A stretch of 32,000 bases of DNA from an uncultured bacterium (GCA_963699255.1 OY969425.1:1410001-1442000); one strand, 5' to 3'; numbered from the stretch's first letter, positions 10,890 through 19,641 are shown. Numbers and translations: made by a program. The notes: generated from the letters alone by a model not told the origin.

Positions 10890-12047
10890 CTATTTCTTGG
10901 CTGCGAGCTCCTTGATCAGTTCAAGGGCGATAACGTTGCGCTGTATCTGGTTTGTGCCTTCGTATATCTGGGTTATCTTCGCGTCCCTCATCATCTTTTC
11001 GACGGGGTATTCCTTCATGTAGCCGTATCCGCCGTGTATCTGGACCGCGTCGGTGGTGACCTTCATCGCGGTGTCTGACGCGAAAAGCTTGCACATCGCG
11101 GACATCTTTGATGTTTCTCCGGAGCCGGAATCTATCGTTCGCGCCGTCGCATACACCAGACATCTCGCGGCCTCGACTTGAGTTGCCATATCGGCCAGCA
11201 TATGCTGGACCGCCTGGAACGTGCTTATCTTGGCGCCGAACTGCTCTCTCTGCCTGGAATATTTGAGAGCTTCATTGAGAGCTCCCTGGGCTATCCCCAG
11301 TGCCTGGGCCGCGATGCCCGGCCTTGTCCTGTCCAGTGTTTTCATGGCTACTATGAATCCCATTCCTTCTTTTCCGAGCATCTGGCTCTTGTGCACCTTG
11401 CAATCCTGGAAAACAAGCTCCCGTGTGGCGGAAGCCCTGATCCCCATTTTATTCTCTTTTTTGCCGAACGTGAATCCCGGCATGTCCTTTTCGAGTATGA
11501 AGGCGGAAGCGCCTCTCGCTCCCTTTTTCCTGTCGGTTATCGCTATGACCGAATAGGTCTCAGCTTCTCCGCCGTTGGTTATCCACTGCTTTGTCCCGTT
11601 GAGTATGAAGTAATCCCCGTCTTTTTTTGCGGTGGTCTGCATACCGCCGGCGTCGGAGCCCGCGTTCGCCTCGGTAAGACCGAAAGCGGCCAGCTTCTTT
11701 CCGGCAGCGATATCCGGCAGGTATTTCTGTTTCTGTTCGTCCGTTCCGAACAATATGATGGGCATTGTCCCAAGGCCGGTCGCTGCGAATGCGAGCGCGA
11801 TCCCGCCGCAGATGATGCTGAGTTCTTCGGTCGCGATGCAGTACTCAAGGGTCCCTCCGCCTATCCCGCCGTATTTTTCCTCGATGCCGATACCCGTTAA
11901 GTTCGCTTCCGCGAGCGCCTTTACGACTTCCCACGGGAATTTCCCCGTTTCGTCAAGCTCTGCTCTCAGAGGAAGAGCTTTCTCTACGGCGATCTTCCTG
12001 GCCAGTTCCTGGACCATTTTCTGTTCTTCTGTAAACCCGTAATCCAT
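10890..12047 (-). CDS. Acyl-CoA dehydrogenase (short/medium-chain family)
   Basis: 385 aa; FALTEANAGSDAGG-like (FGLTEANAGSDAGGMQT), QIHGGYGYMKEYPVEKMMRDAKITQIYEGTNQIQRNVIA including the conserved Glu region. Confidence 0.93.
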   Translation of the reverse strand: MDYGFTEEQKMVQELARKIAVEKALPLRAELDETGKFPWEVVKALAEANLTGIGIEEKYGGIGGGTLEYCIATEELSIICGGIALAFAATGLGTMPIILFGTDEQKQKYLPDIAAGKKLAAFGLTEANAGSDAGGMQTTAKKDGDYFILNGTKQWITNGGEAETYSVIAITDRKKGARGASAFILEKDMPGFTFGKKENKMGIRASATRELVFQDCKVHKSQMLGKEGMGFIVAMKTLDRTRPGIAAQALGIAQGALNEALKYSRQREQFGAKISTFQAVQHMLADMATQVEAARCLVYATARTIDSGSGETSKMSAMCKLFASDTAMKVTTDAVQIHGGYGYMKEYPVEKMMRDAKITQIYEGTNQIQRNVIALELIKELAAKK

Positions 12048-12079
12048 GTTCTCCTTACCTCCTAAAAAATCTATATTCA

Positions 12080-12148
12080 GGAGCCTGAGACTAAACGTCT
12101 CGGCTCCGCATCGAACTAAAAGGAACCGCGACGTTCAGTCGCAGGTTC
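12080..12148. repeat. Paired inverted hairpins (BIME/REP-like), copy A
   Basis: GGAGCCtGAGACtaaacGTCTCGGCTCC (12080-12107), 14-nt spacer, then GGAACCGCGACgttcaGTCGCaGGTTC (12122-12148). Confidence 0.75.
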
Positions 12149-12157
12149 ATTGTCATC

Positions 12158-13120
12158 TTACCACTTTATGACGTTCGCGCCGTATGTAAGCCCTGCGCCG
12201 AAACCCGCGAGTACAACAACATCCCCTCTCTTTATCCTTCCTTCTCTTGACGCTTCGTCAAGTGCTATGGGGATTGAAGCTGCCGAGGTATTTCCGTACC
12301 GGTCGAGGTTAACATATACTTTATCTTTTGACAAGCCTAAATTCCTTAATGCAAAGTCGATTATCCTGATGTTGGCCTGGTGCGGAATGAGAAGAGAAAT
12401 GTCATCGGTTTTCAGCTTTGACCTTTCAAGGACCGCCTTGATGCTCTTCGGCAGCACCTTGACCGCGAACTTAAAGACTTCCTTGCCGTCCATCCAGATG
12501 AACCTTTTTTTCGCTTCGGGGTCCCTGGAGCCTCCGCCGGGCATTATCAGGTGCTTCCCTCCGCTTCCCTCGGCTCCCAGATAACTCGCAAGGACACCGC
12601 TTCCGTCATTCGTTGCCTTAAGCATCACCGCTCCCGCCCCGTCACCGAACAATATGCAGGTGTTCCTGTCCGTCCAGTCAAGGTATTTTGTGAGCGTGTC
12701 GGCGCCTATTACCAGTACATTATTATATACTCCGGATTCAATGAAGCATGCAGCTGACGCGAGAGCATAGTTAAAGCCGGTGCAGGCGGCGGAAACGTCA
12801 AAAGCCGCGGAGTTGACCGCTCCCAGCTTATCCTGGACTATGCAGGCGGTTGAGGGGAACAGCATATCGGGGGAGGAAGTGCCGACGATTATCAGCTCGA
12901 TCTCCTTCGGGTCCATCTTTGCGGAAGCGATTGTCTTGCGCGCCGCTTCAATGGCGAGGTCGGATGTCGCCTCGCTTTTATCCGAGATCCTTCGCTCCCT
13001 TATCCCCGTGCGGTCCCTTATCCATTCATCGGTGGTATCCACCATCTTTTCAATGTCGAAATTCGTCAGGACCTTCTTCGGGAGGTATGAACCGACGCCG
13101 ACGATCGAAGCCCTTTTCAT
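12158..13120 (-). CDS. fabH: 3-oxoacyl-ACP synthase III
   Basis: 320 aa; DVSAACTGFNYAL active-site Cys region, LLIPHQANIRI, NLDRYGNTSAASIP. Confidence 0.95.
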   Translation of the reverse strand: MKRASIVGVGSYLPKKVLTNFDIEKMVDTTDEWIRDRTGIRERRISDKSEATSDLAIEAARKTIASAKMDPKEIELIIVGTSSPDMLFPSTACIVQDKLGAVNSAAFDVSAACTGFNYALASAACFIESGVYNNVLVIGADTLTKYLDWTDRNTCILFGDGAGAVMLKATNDGSGVLASYLGAEGSGGKHLIMPGGGSRDPEAKKRFIWMDGKEVFKFAVKVLPKSIKAVLERSKLKTDDISLLIPHQANIRIIDFALRNLGLSKDKVYVNLDRYGNTSAASIPIALDEASREGRIKRGDVVVLAGFGAGLTYGANVIKW

Positions 13121-14110
13121 CTAACCTACCTCCACCTTCGATATATAGTTCACGACATTTCCTTCAACAGATTCAGCGGCCACCCTTACGGCGTTCTTTA
13201 TTGCTTTTGCCTTCGCTCTCCCGTGCGCCTTGATCACAACTCCGTTAAGGCCCAGCAGCTCCGCACCGCCGAATTCGTCATAATCGACTTTTTTGTTTAT
13301 CCGCTTGAATGCCGGCAAAAGGAAAAGCACGGCCAGCTTTGTTATCGGATGCTTGGACAGTTCTTCTTTTATCAGGCTAAAGAGAAAGCCCGCGGTGGAT
13401 TCGCCGAATTTCAATATCAGATTGCCGATAAATCCGTCGCAGACCACAACATCCACCTTTCCCGAAAATATTTCCTTGCTTTCCACCATTCCGGTAAAAT
13501 TCAAACCCGATTCTTTAAGCAGGGGATATGTGGATGTCGTAAGCTCGTTCCCTTTCTCGGGCTCCTCTCCGATATTGAGAAGGCCAACCCTCGGATTATC
13601 CGCGTGAAGGACATATTTTGAGTAGATGCTCCCCATTTTTGCGAACTGAACGAGATGCTTGGGCTTACAGTCCACATTGGCGCCCATGTCAAGAAGCAGG
13701 ACTCTGCCGTTCTTTGTCGGGAATATGGTCGCGATGGCCGGCCTCTCGATGCCGGGAACCCTTCCGAGGCCGAACAGGGCGGAGGCCATAAACGCTCCGG
13801 TGTTGCCGGCGGAAACAACGGCATCCGCCTTTCCTTCTTTTACAAGGGATACCGCGACATTTATCGAGGAATCTTTTTTTTGTTTTATCGCCTGAATAGG
13901 AGGTTCGCTTGTTTCTATGACTTCGGTCGCGTTATATATGGAAATGTTCTTTATATTTTTGTACCGCTTAAGCTCTCTTGATATAGCATTTTCGCGGCCA
14001 ACAAGGATCATTTCTATGTTGGGATTATCCGCCAATGCGGCGACCGCGCCTTTCACCGTTTCTGCCGGAGCGAAGTCTCCGCCCATTGCATCCAGCGCTA
14101 TGCGGATCAA
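13121..14110 (-). CDS. plsX: Phosphate acyltransferase
   Basis: IALDAMGGDFAPAETVKGA; VSAGNTGAFMA; LLNIGEEPEKG; VVCDGFIGNLILK. TTG start overlapping the rpmF stop (TTGA). Confidence 0.95.
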   Translation of the reverse strand: MIRIALDAMGGDFAPAETVKGAVAALADNPNIEMILVGRENAISRELKRYKNIKNISIYNATEVIETSEPPIQAIKQKKDSSINVAVSLVKEGKADAVVSAGNTGAFMASALFGLGRVPGIERPAIATIFPTKNGRVLLLDMGANVDCKPKHLVQFAKMGSIYSKYVLHADNPRVGLLNIGEEPEKGNELTTSTYPLLKESGLNFTGMVESKEIFSGKVDVVVCDGFIGNLILKFGESTAGFLFSLIKEELSKHPITKLAVLFLLPAFKRINKKVDYDEFGGAELLGLNGVVIKAHGRAKAKAIKNAVRVAAESVEGNVVNYISKVEVG

Positions 14111-14364
14111 GACTTGGACTTCTCCTCTTTGTCCGCGGGGGCTTTTTCCGCCTGGGGTTTGTTTTTGGCGGGTTTTTTCTTTTCTTCGGTCTCTATCTTA
14201 AGCACCATTCTTCCCTGATATGTGCCGCATACCGGGCAGGCGTGGTGGGGTAGCACTTTTGAATGGCACTGCGGGCAATCACCCAGGTTCATGAGCTTTA
14301 GCTTCCAGTTGGCTCTTCTTGTCCGCGTCCTTGTGTTCGAATGTCTTTTCTTTGGTACCGGCAT
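14107..14364 (-). CDS. rpmF: 50S ribosomal protein L32 with Lys-rich C-terminal extension
   Basis: MPVPKKRHSNTRTRTRRANWKL and zinc-ribbon CPQC...CPVC. Confidence 0.93.
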   Translation of the reverse strand: MPVPKKRHSNTRTRTRRANWKLKLMNLGDCPQCHSKVLPHHACPVCGTYQGRMVLKIETEEKKKPAKNKPQAEKAPADKEEKSKS

Positions 14365-14365
14365 T

Positions 14366-14908
14366 TCAATTACCTCCAGTTATTTTTATGGTCTTCAGCT
14401 TTTCCAGCCGCGGGTCCATCTTTTTGTTCTTTCCCGATGAAATATCCGGCAGCTTGCATGTCTTGCTGCACAGAGGCTTTATCGGGAGCGAAACCAGGAT
14501 ATTCTGCCTTATTGCTTCATCCAGGTCAATGATATTATTCTCATCTATCTCAAAGATCATATCTTTGTCTTTAAGCTCTATCTCCGCGCCCTTTTCATTT
14601 CCGCCACTGCGGGCGGAACAAGCTTCGCTGTCACTCAAGCTTTTTTCAAGGCCTTTTACGTATTCTTCCTCTATGCTGATATCCACCGGCATGTCGAACT
14701 TCTTCAAACATCTGCTGCAATCCAGCCTTGCGGTGGTTTTTAGCGAGCCTGATACGAGCACCGAGGCGCCCGTATTCACCAGCTTTAGCCTGGCGCGTAC
14801 CGGCGCTGTAAGGGCGATATCTTCATCATCAAGAGATATCTTTTCTTCTTCTTCTATATTAAGTACCGCCCCAAGGCTCTTCAGGAGGTCGGACACGTCG
14901 ATTTTCAT
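14366..14908 (-). CDS. YceD/DUF177 family protein
   Basis: 180 aa, ARLDCSRCLKKFDMPV..., ...LVSLPIKPLCSKTCK; directly upstream of rpmF, the usual yceD position. Confidence 0.85.
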   Translation of the reverse strand: MKIDVSDLLKSLGAVLNIEEEEKISLDDEDIALTAPVRARLKLVNTGASVLVSGSLKTTARLDCSRCLKKFDMPVDISIEEEYVKGLEKSLSDSEACSARSGGNEKGAEIELKDKDMIFEIDENNIIDLDEAIRQNILVSLPIKPLCSKTCKLPDISSGKNKKMDPRLEKLKTIKITGGN

Positions 14909-14922
14909 AAAAACAAACGGTA

Positions 14923-14951
14923 ATTATATAGACGGGGCGGGGGTATGTCAA
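14923..14951 (-). promoter_or_regulatory. Consensus sigma70-type promoter for the lipid operon
   Basis: Minus strand TTGACA (14951-14946), 17-bp spacer, TATAAT (14928-14923). Confidence 0.85.
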
Positions 14952-14970
14952 TCGCACAATTCGGCCAGAA

Positions 14971-15010
14971 AATAAAAAAGCCGGCTAGGCGCTGTCGCTT
15001 AACCGGCTTA
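14971..15010 (-). terminator. Intrinsic terminator downstream of lipoprotein gene
   Basis: Minus strand AAGCCGG ... CCGGCTT followed by TTTTATTTT (stem 15003-15009/14978-14984), just after the stop at 15025. Confidence 0.8.
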
Positions 15011-15024
15011 ATACTAAAAAGGTA

Positions 15025-16149
15025 TCAATCCACTTGCATCACAAGGAAATTACACGGCTGACCGCCCTCAACTCCAAAAGCAAATATCATATATTTATAT
15101 TTACCGTCAGCAGCATCCGGCCCGACTTGTGCAGCAACCCCCTTATATGTAGAAGTGCCATAGGTAATGGTTCCACTGCCATGATCTGTTATATATATTG
15201 GTATTATACCAGAGCCTGGATCCTGTGCTTCAAAGGTTATTACCACATAATTTGTTGAGTCGGCCCCTGCTTCAACGCCATTAGGGTATTCCCTCCCGAT
15301 CATTTTTTTGGCCCCGTCAGGGTATGCAGTAATAGGACGGGTTTCATTTGATCCATTCACGGCATCGTATACAAATCTTACTCCTCTGTAATTTTTGCTG
15401 GATAGGTCGGTTATATCAATCGCCTCAACAGAGGCTCCTGCAAATCCGCCGCTAGCCCCATTGTCGCCCATGAACACCCCTGTGGGGGTCATGAAGATCT
15501 TCGGATCTGACGGAGTGGTATTTTTCATTATTCCGTTGTTAAACGAATAATCCGGTGACGGAGCGAAGTTACTCACGGGTTCTCCGCCCAAAAGAAAGTC
15601 AGTTACATTAAAATGCCAGCCTGATGGGTTTGTGACCTCGACAGATCCATAAGCTGTATTGCCGGTCGTCCAGCCTTGCCAAGGGATCGTCACATAAACA
15701 TATTTTCCCGCGGACGGCGGGGTTGCTGAATGGGCCGTGCATACGATTATATTATCTCCATGTCCCTCTTCAGAGCAAACAGGATGGATCATCAGCATCG
15801 TATTTGGAAATTCAAGAAAATATGCAACCTGGCCCTGGACTTCAGTTGGATTTGCAGCGGAAACAAAGGCTTTGCGGAATCCATTGGATAGCGTCTCCCA
15901 GGTACCCGACACCCAAAAACCTGTTGTTTCATCTGAGCCCAAAAAAGTTTCGGGGCTTATCGTCCACGTCCATACGTCACCCGGGCTTTGGGTCCCAGAG
16001 TATTCATATGTTCCGGGTCTGTTCGAGAGTATGGTTACTCCTCCGCTGCTTCCTCCGCCGCTTGTTGCATTCGAACCGCAGCCGTAAATGAAGGCAAGGG
16101 ACAGGACGACCAGCGCGACCAGGAACAAAGGCAAATACTTCTTTATCAT
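15025..16149 (-). CDS. Putative secreted lipoprotein of unknown function
   Basis: Hydrophobic N-terminus with lipobox-like LAFIYGCG; strong SD (AGGAGGAAA) before ATG. Confidence 0.8.
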   Translation of the reverse strand: MIKKYLPLFLVALVVLSLAFIYGCGSNATSGGGSSGGVTILSNRPGTYEYSGTQSPGDVWTWTISPETFLGSDETTGFWVSGTWETLSNGFRKAFVSAANPTEVQGQVAYFLEFPNTMLMIHPVCSEEGHGDNIIVCTAHSATPPSAGKYVYVTIPWQGWTTGNTAYGSVEVTNPSGWHFNVTDFLLGGEPVSNFAPSPDYSFNNGIMKNTTPSDPKIFMTPTGVFMGDNGASGGFAGASVEAIDITDLSSKNYRGVRFVYDAVNGSNETRPITAYPDGAKKMIGREYPNGVEAGADSTNYVVITFEAQDPGSGIIPIYITDHGSGTITYGTSTYKGVAAQVGPDAADGKYKYMIFAFGVEGGQPCNFLVMQVD

Positions 16150-16186
16150 GTCATTTTCCTCCTCTTAGGGCCTTTAAGCGAAGTGG

Positions 16187-16215
16187 ATTATGAACCCGCA
16201 GGTTTGTAAAGTCAA
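16187..16215 (-). promoter_or_regulatory. Putative promoter of lipoprotein gene
   Basis: Minus strand TTGACT (16215-16210), 17 bp, CATAAT (16192-16187). Confidence 0.6.
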
Positions 16216-16380
16216 GTATTGTCGAAATAGACTGCAGGTGACGGTAAACACCACAGTATTTTATGTGATCTGTTCGGGAAAGGTGCGGCAGGAAAATTGC
16301 TAGTTATGTTTAGTGTAATCGGCATGCGGTTTCGAAGCGCGTAACGTTTATCGTGCATAGTGTGCCGTAAGGCGAGTAAA

Positions 16381-16836
16381 ATGAATAATAAAATCCATAG
16401 TTTTAAAGACCTTGATGTATATAAATGCTCATATGAGGCAGCGATATCGGTAATAGGGAAAGTATTGCCAAAGCTTCCAAAAGAAGAAAGATTTGATTTG
16501 GTTGACCAGCTTAGAAGATCGTCAAAAGCTATCCCAAGGCTAATAGCCGAAGGATATGCAAAGAGACACCAAAACAAAGGATTTCAGAAATACCTTGATG
16601 ACGCCCTCGCAGAAAGCAACGAAACTCTCGTAGGTATCGAACAATGCAGGGATATCTATTCAGACTATATTGACATTGAATTGTGCAATAAACTTGTTGA
16701 CATATACGACAAGATCAGCAGGCAGCTATATAATTTAAGATTCGCATGGAACAATTTTAGCAATAAACTAAACCGGAACACGCCTCTCAATCGCGCTTCG
16801 ACCCCACAACCGTCAACACGATCTGACATTCTCTGA
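16381..16836 (+). CDS. Four-helix bundle protein (S23/IVS-encoded protein-like family)
   Basis: HSFKDLDVYKCSYEAAI...LVDQLRRSSKAIPRLIAEGYAKRHQNKGFQKYLDDALAESNET. ATG at 16381 is more likely than GTG at 16360. Confidence 0.8.
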   Translation: MNNKIHSFKDLDVYKCSYEAAISVIGKVLPKLPKEERFDLVDQLRRSSKAIPRLIAEGYAKRHQNKGFQKYLDDALAESNETLVGIEQCRDIYSDYIDIELCNKLVDIYDKISRQLYNLRFAWNNFSNKLNRNTPLNRASTPQPSTRSDIL

Positions 16837-16842
16837 ATGTTT

Positions 16843-17724
16843 TCACTTCGCTCTCGGATGTGCTTTATCGTAGATCGATTTCAGCTTTTCTTTGGTTATG
16901 TGAGTGTATATCTGCGTCGTGGAAAGCGAAGAATGACCGAGGAGCTCCTGAACTATCTTCAGGTCCGCGCCGCCGCTCAAGAGGTGCGTCGCGAAGGAAT
17001 GCCTCAGCGTATGCGGCGTCACGCGCTTTTCCAGTCCCGCCTTCCTTGCGTATTTCCTTATCATTCGCTCTATCGATCTGCTCGTGAGCCTGGATCCCGC
17101 GCGCCCCATGAACAATGAGCTCTCAGCTTTTTTATCTCTGTCGGCGAGATAAGCTTTTATCGAATTGATCGCGTGCGACCCTATCAGGACTACCCTTTCC
17201 TTGTCTCCCTTTCCCTGAACGAGCACTTCGCCGCCCTCAAGGTCAATGTTTTCCGTCCTTAGCTTCACGACTTCGCCCACCCTCATGCCGGAGGCGTAGA
17301 TCAACTCAATGATCGCCAGATCGCGGGGTCCGTTCCTGTGTTTTAAATTCACCGCGTTCAACAACTTTACGACCTCTTCGGCATACAGGAAGGATGGCAG
17401 CCTTTTCCCGAGCTTCGGGGTGAGGATGTGTTCAAACGGGTTCAGCTTTATTTTTCTTTCCCGTAAAAGATACCTGAAAAAAGCCCTGCAAGAAGAGATC
17501 TTCCTTGCGACGGATTTTTTTGAGAAGCTTTTCAGTTCGAGCCAGCGCAGGTAGCTCCTCGCGAAAGCCGGGTCAATTCTCATGGGATCATCAAAGAGCG
17601 AGCCCTTGCTCTTTACGAAACCGATGAACTGGTCGACATCCCTTGTATAGGCAAGGACGGTGTGCGGTGAAAGGTTAAGCTCCAGCTTGAGATATGAACG
17701 GAAGGGGTCAACGAACGGCTTCAT
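16843..17724 (-). CDS. Tyrosine recombinase XerC/XerD family
   Basis: ASGMRVGEV, HTLRHSFATHLL, LGHSSLSTTQIYTH: complete catalytic R..HxxR..H..Y set. Confidence 0.93.
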   Translation of the reverse strand: MKPFVDPFRSYLKLELNLSPHTVLAYTRDVDQFIGFVKSKGSLFDDPMRIDPAFARSYLRWLELKSFSKKSVARKISSCRAFFRYLLRERKIKLNPFEHILTPKLGKRLPSFLYAEEVVKLLNAVNLKHRNGPRDLAIIELIYASGMRVGEVVKLRTENIDLEGGEVLVQGKGDKERVVLIGSHAINSIKAYLADRDKKAESSLFMGRAGSRLTSRSIERMIRKYARKAGLEKRVTPHTLRHSFATHLLSGGADLKIVQELLGHSSLSTTQIYTHITKEKLKSIYDKAHPRAK

Positions 17725-17742
17725 TTAAGAACTCTGAATGAT

Positions 17743-17814
17743 TTTGGAACCTGAGAGTAAAACTCTCGGTTCCAAATCCTTTCAAAGGAACCGCGACTTT
17801 TAGTCGCAGGTTCC
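17743..17814. repeat. Paired inverted hairpins (BIME/REP-like), copy B
   Basis: TTTGGAACCtGAGAGtaaaaCTCTCGGTTCCAAA (17743-17776), then GGAACCGCGACttttaGTCGCaGGTTCC (17787-17814). Confidence 0.8.
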
Positions 17815-17820
17815 ATGATA

Positions 17821-18255
17821 TTAATCAAGCCCATATATATGTTTCTTGTCCGCGGTAAGAACTATATATTTGCCTTTATCCTTTACCCATTCTTCCCTTT
17901 CAGGAACATTGCGCAGATCGACATGCACCGTGCCGTCCTCGAGGTTAAGGCCGATCCCTTTTACTTCCTCGATCTCCCTGACATCCTTGAACAGTTCCTG
18001 GGGCGACATGCCGTCTACATATATATGTGCCGCCTTGCCGTATATGTGGAAGCTCTTCCTCCCGCCCCCAAGCCTTTCATTCTCCGCCTCGCACCTGTAA
18101 GAGCTTTTTATCTTGATTGGCTTGTTCAGCTTGCATGTGAGCGCCTCAAGCGCGCCGACAAGGCCCAGGTGTATCTTGTATTCCTTGTTGGTCTTGCATG
18201 CCTCGCATTTGCAGAAAAAATCCTGATGATTGAAATGGTCGCTTAAGTTCCCCAC
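17821..18255 (-). CDS. Peptidase M15-like (D-Ala-D-Ala carboxypeptidase-like) protein
   Basis: IKIKSSYRCEAENERLGGGRKSFHIYGKAAHIYVDG...GTVHVDL resembles the M15 motif SxHxxGxAxD ... HVD, with D replaced by H. GTG start. Confidence 0.7.
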   Translation of the reverse strand: MGNLSDHFNHQDFFCKCEACKTNKEYKIHLGLVGALEALTCKLNKPIKIKSSYRCEAENERLGGGRKSFHIYGKAAHIYVDGMSPQELFKDVREIEEVKGIGLNLEDGTVHVDLRNVPEREEWVKDKGKYIVLTADKKHIYGLD

Positions 18256-18256
18256 G

Positions 18257-18285
18257 TGGACATTTTATCACACTGATGTTATACT
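18257..18285 (+). promoter_or_regulatory. Putative metK promoter
   Basis: TGGACA (18257-18262), 17 bp, TATACT (18280-18285). Confidence 0.6.
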
Positions 18286-18339
18286 TGCCTCAATTTTTTG
18301 ATTGCCCACGCCTTTGGCGGGGCAGGAAGGGTGATCATT

Positions 18340-19536
18340 TTGGCGGAAAATAGATATCTTTTTACTTCGGAATCAGTTACGGAAGGGCATCCTGATAAGA
18401 TGTGCGATCAGATCGCTGACGCGGTGCTTGATGCGATCATCGCGAAAGACCCGCAGGCGAGGGTCGCGTGTGAAGCGCTCGCGACGAACGGTCTGGTGCT
18501 GGTCGCGGGGGAAATAACGACGGGATGTTACGTGGAGATCCCCTCTATCGTAAGGAACACCATTCGCGACATCGGCTATGTCAGCAGGGAGATCGGTTTT
18601 GACTACGAAACCTGCGGAGTGCTTGTCTCGATAAAAGAGCAGTCAAAGGATATCGCGATGGGAGTTGATAAAAGCTTTGAAGCAAAGGGCGGAGAGGTCG
18701 TTCACGAAGACCTTGAGAAGCTCGGGGCAGGGGACCAGGGGCTCATGTTCGGGTATGCGACGGACGAAACGCCGGAGCTGATGCCCATGCCAATCATGCT
18801 GGCTCACCGCCTCGCCCAGCGCCTTGCCGAGGTCAGAAAAAAGGGAGAACTTACATACCTGAGGCCTGACGGAAAATCTCAGGTGACCATTGAATACGTG
18901 AATGACAGGCCGGTAAGGGTTGACAGCGTTTTGATAGCGGCACAGCATTCACCCGACGTGGAATATGAAAAGCTTAAGGCAGAGATAATCGAGAAGGTCA
19001 TCAAAAAAACGGTGCCCGCCAAGCTCTTGGATAAGAACACGAAGTATTACGTTAATCCCACCGGCAGGTTCGTCATAGGAGGGCCTCAGGGAGACACGGG
19101 ACTTACGGGTCGCAAGATAATAATCGACACATACGGCGGCAGCGCTCACCACGGCGGCGGATGTTTCTCGGGGAAGGACCCGACAAAGGTTGACAGGTCC
19201 GGAAGCTACATAATGAGATATGTCGCAAAAAATATCGTCGCTGCCGGGATCGCAAAAAGATGCGAAGTCCAGGTCGCTTATGCCATTGGCGTGGCAAAAC
19301 CTCTTTCGGTGATGGTGGATACTTTTGGCACGGGAAAGATCCGGGATGAAAAGATAAATGAGCTGATCGAAAAGCATTTTGATTTCAGGCCGGGGATGAT
19401 CATAAAATACCTGGGACTGAGAAGGCCGCTTTACAGGCAGGTCGCTTCATACGGGCATTTCGGAAGAACCGATCTGGATCTTCCCTGGGAGAAAACCGAC
19501 AAAGCGGCTGTCTTGAAAAAAGAAGCTGGAATTTAG
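18340..19536 (+). CDS. metK: S-adenosylmethionine synthetase
   Basis: [63 protein letters not shown]. Listed ORF starts at 18298, but TTG 18340 has AGGAAGG at 18324-18330 and gives the canonical N-terminus. Confidence 0.95.
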   Translation: MAENRYLFTSESVTEGHPDKMCDQIADAVLDAIIAKDPQARVACEALATNGLVLVAGEITTGCYVEIPSIVRNTIRDIGYVSREIGFDYETCGVLVSIKEQSKDIAMGVDKSFEAKGGEVVHEDLEKLGAGDQGLMFGYATDETPELMPMPIMLAHRLAQRLAEVRKKGELTYLRPDGKSQVTIEYVNDRPVRVDSVLIAAQHSPDVEYEKLKAEIIEKVIKKTVPAKLLDKNTKYYVNPTGRFVIGGPQGDTGLTGRKIIIDTYGGSAHHGGGCFSGKDPTKVDRSGSYIMRYVAKNIVAAGIAKRCEVQVAYAIGVAKPLSVMVDTFGTGKIRDEKINELIEKHFDFRPGMIIKYLGLRRPLYRQVASYGHFGRTDLDLPWEKTDKAAVLKKEAGI

Positions 19537-19551
19537 AGCGAAATCCCCCAA

Positions 19552-19570
19552 CCCCCTTTAATAAAGGGGG
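19552..19570. repeat. Perfect 19-bp palindromic repeat, copy 1
   Basis: CCCCCTTTA-A-TAAAGGGGG, flanked by aaatcccccaa; reverse-complement match to 28227-28245. Confidence 0.7.
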
Positions 19571-19591
19571 AATAATTAGTTGATTTGTAGA

Positions 19592-19641
19592 GCGGAGTTT
19601 ATCTCCGCGAAATTAACCGTTATCGCAGAGGCAAGCTCTGC
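19592..19641. repeat. Pair of short related hairpins in convergent intergenic region
   Basis: GCGGAGtttatCTCCGC (19592-19608) and GCAGAGgcaagCTCTGC (19625-19641); the two stems differ by one compensatory pair. Confidence 0.6.

Noticed and set aside
11178-11900. 240-aa plus-strand ORF
   Set aside because: Antisense to the acyl-CoA dehydrogenase gene; spurious.
14319-14975. 218-aa plus-strand ORF
   Set aside because: Antisense to rpmF and the YceD-like gene, and covers the perfect minus-strand promoter; spurious.
16212-16577. 121-aa minus-strand ORF
   Set aside because: Antisense to the four-helix bundle gene, whose reading frame is well supported.
18286-18339. SAM riboswitch upstream of metK
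   Set aside because: Predicted leader is only ~48 nt, too short for known SAM riboswitch classes, and shows only a small CCCACGCCTTTGGCGGG hairpin.
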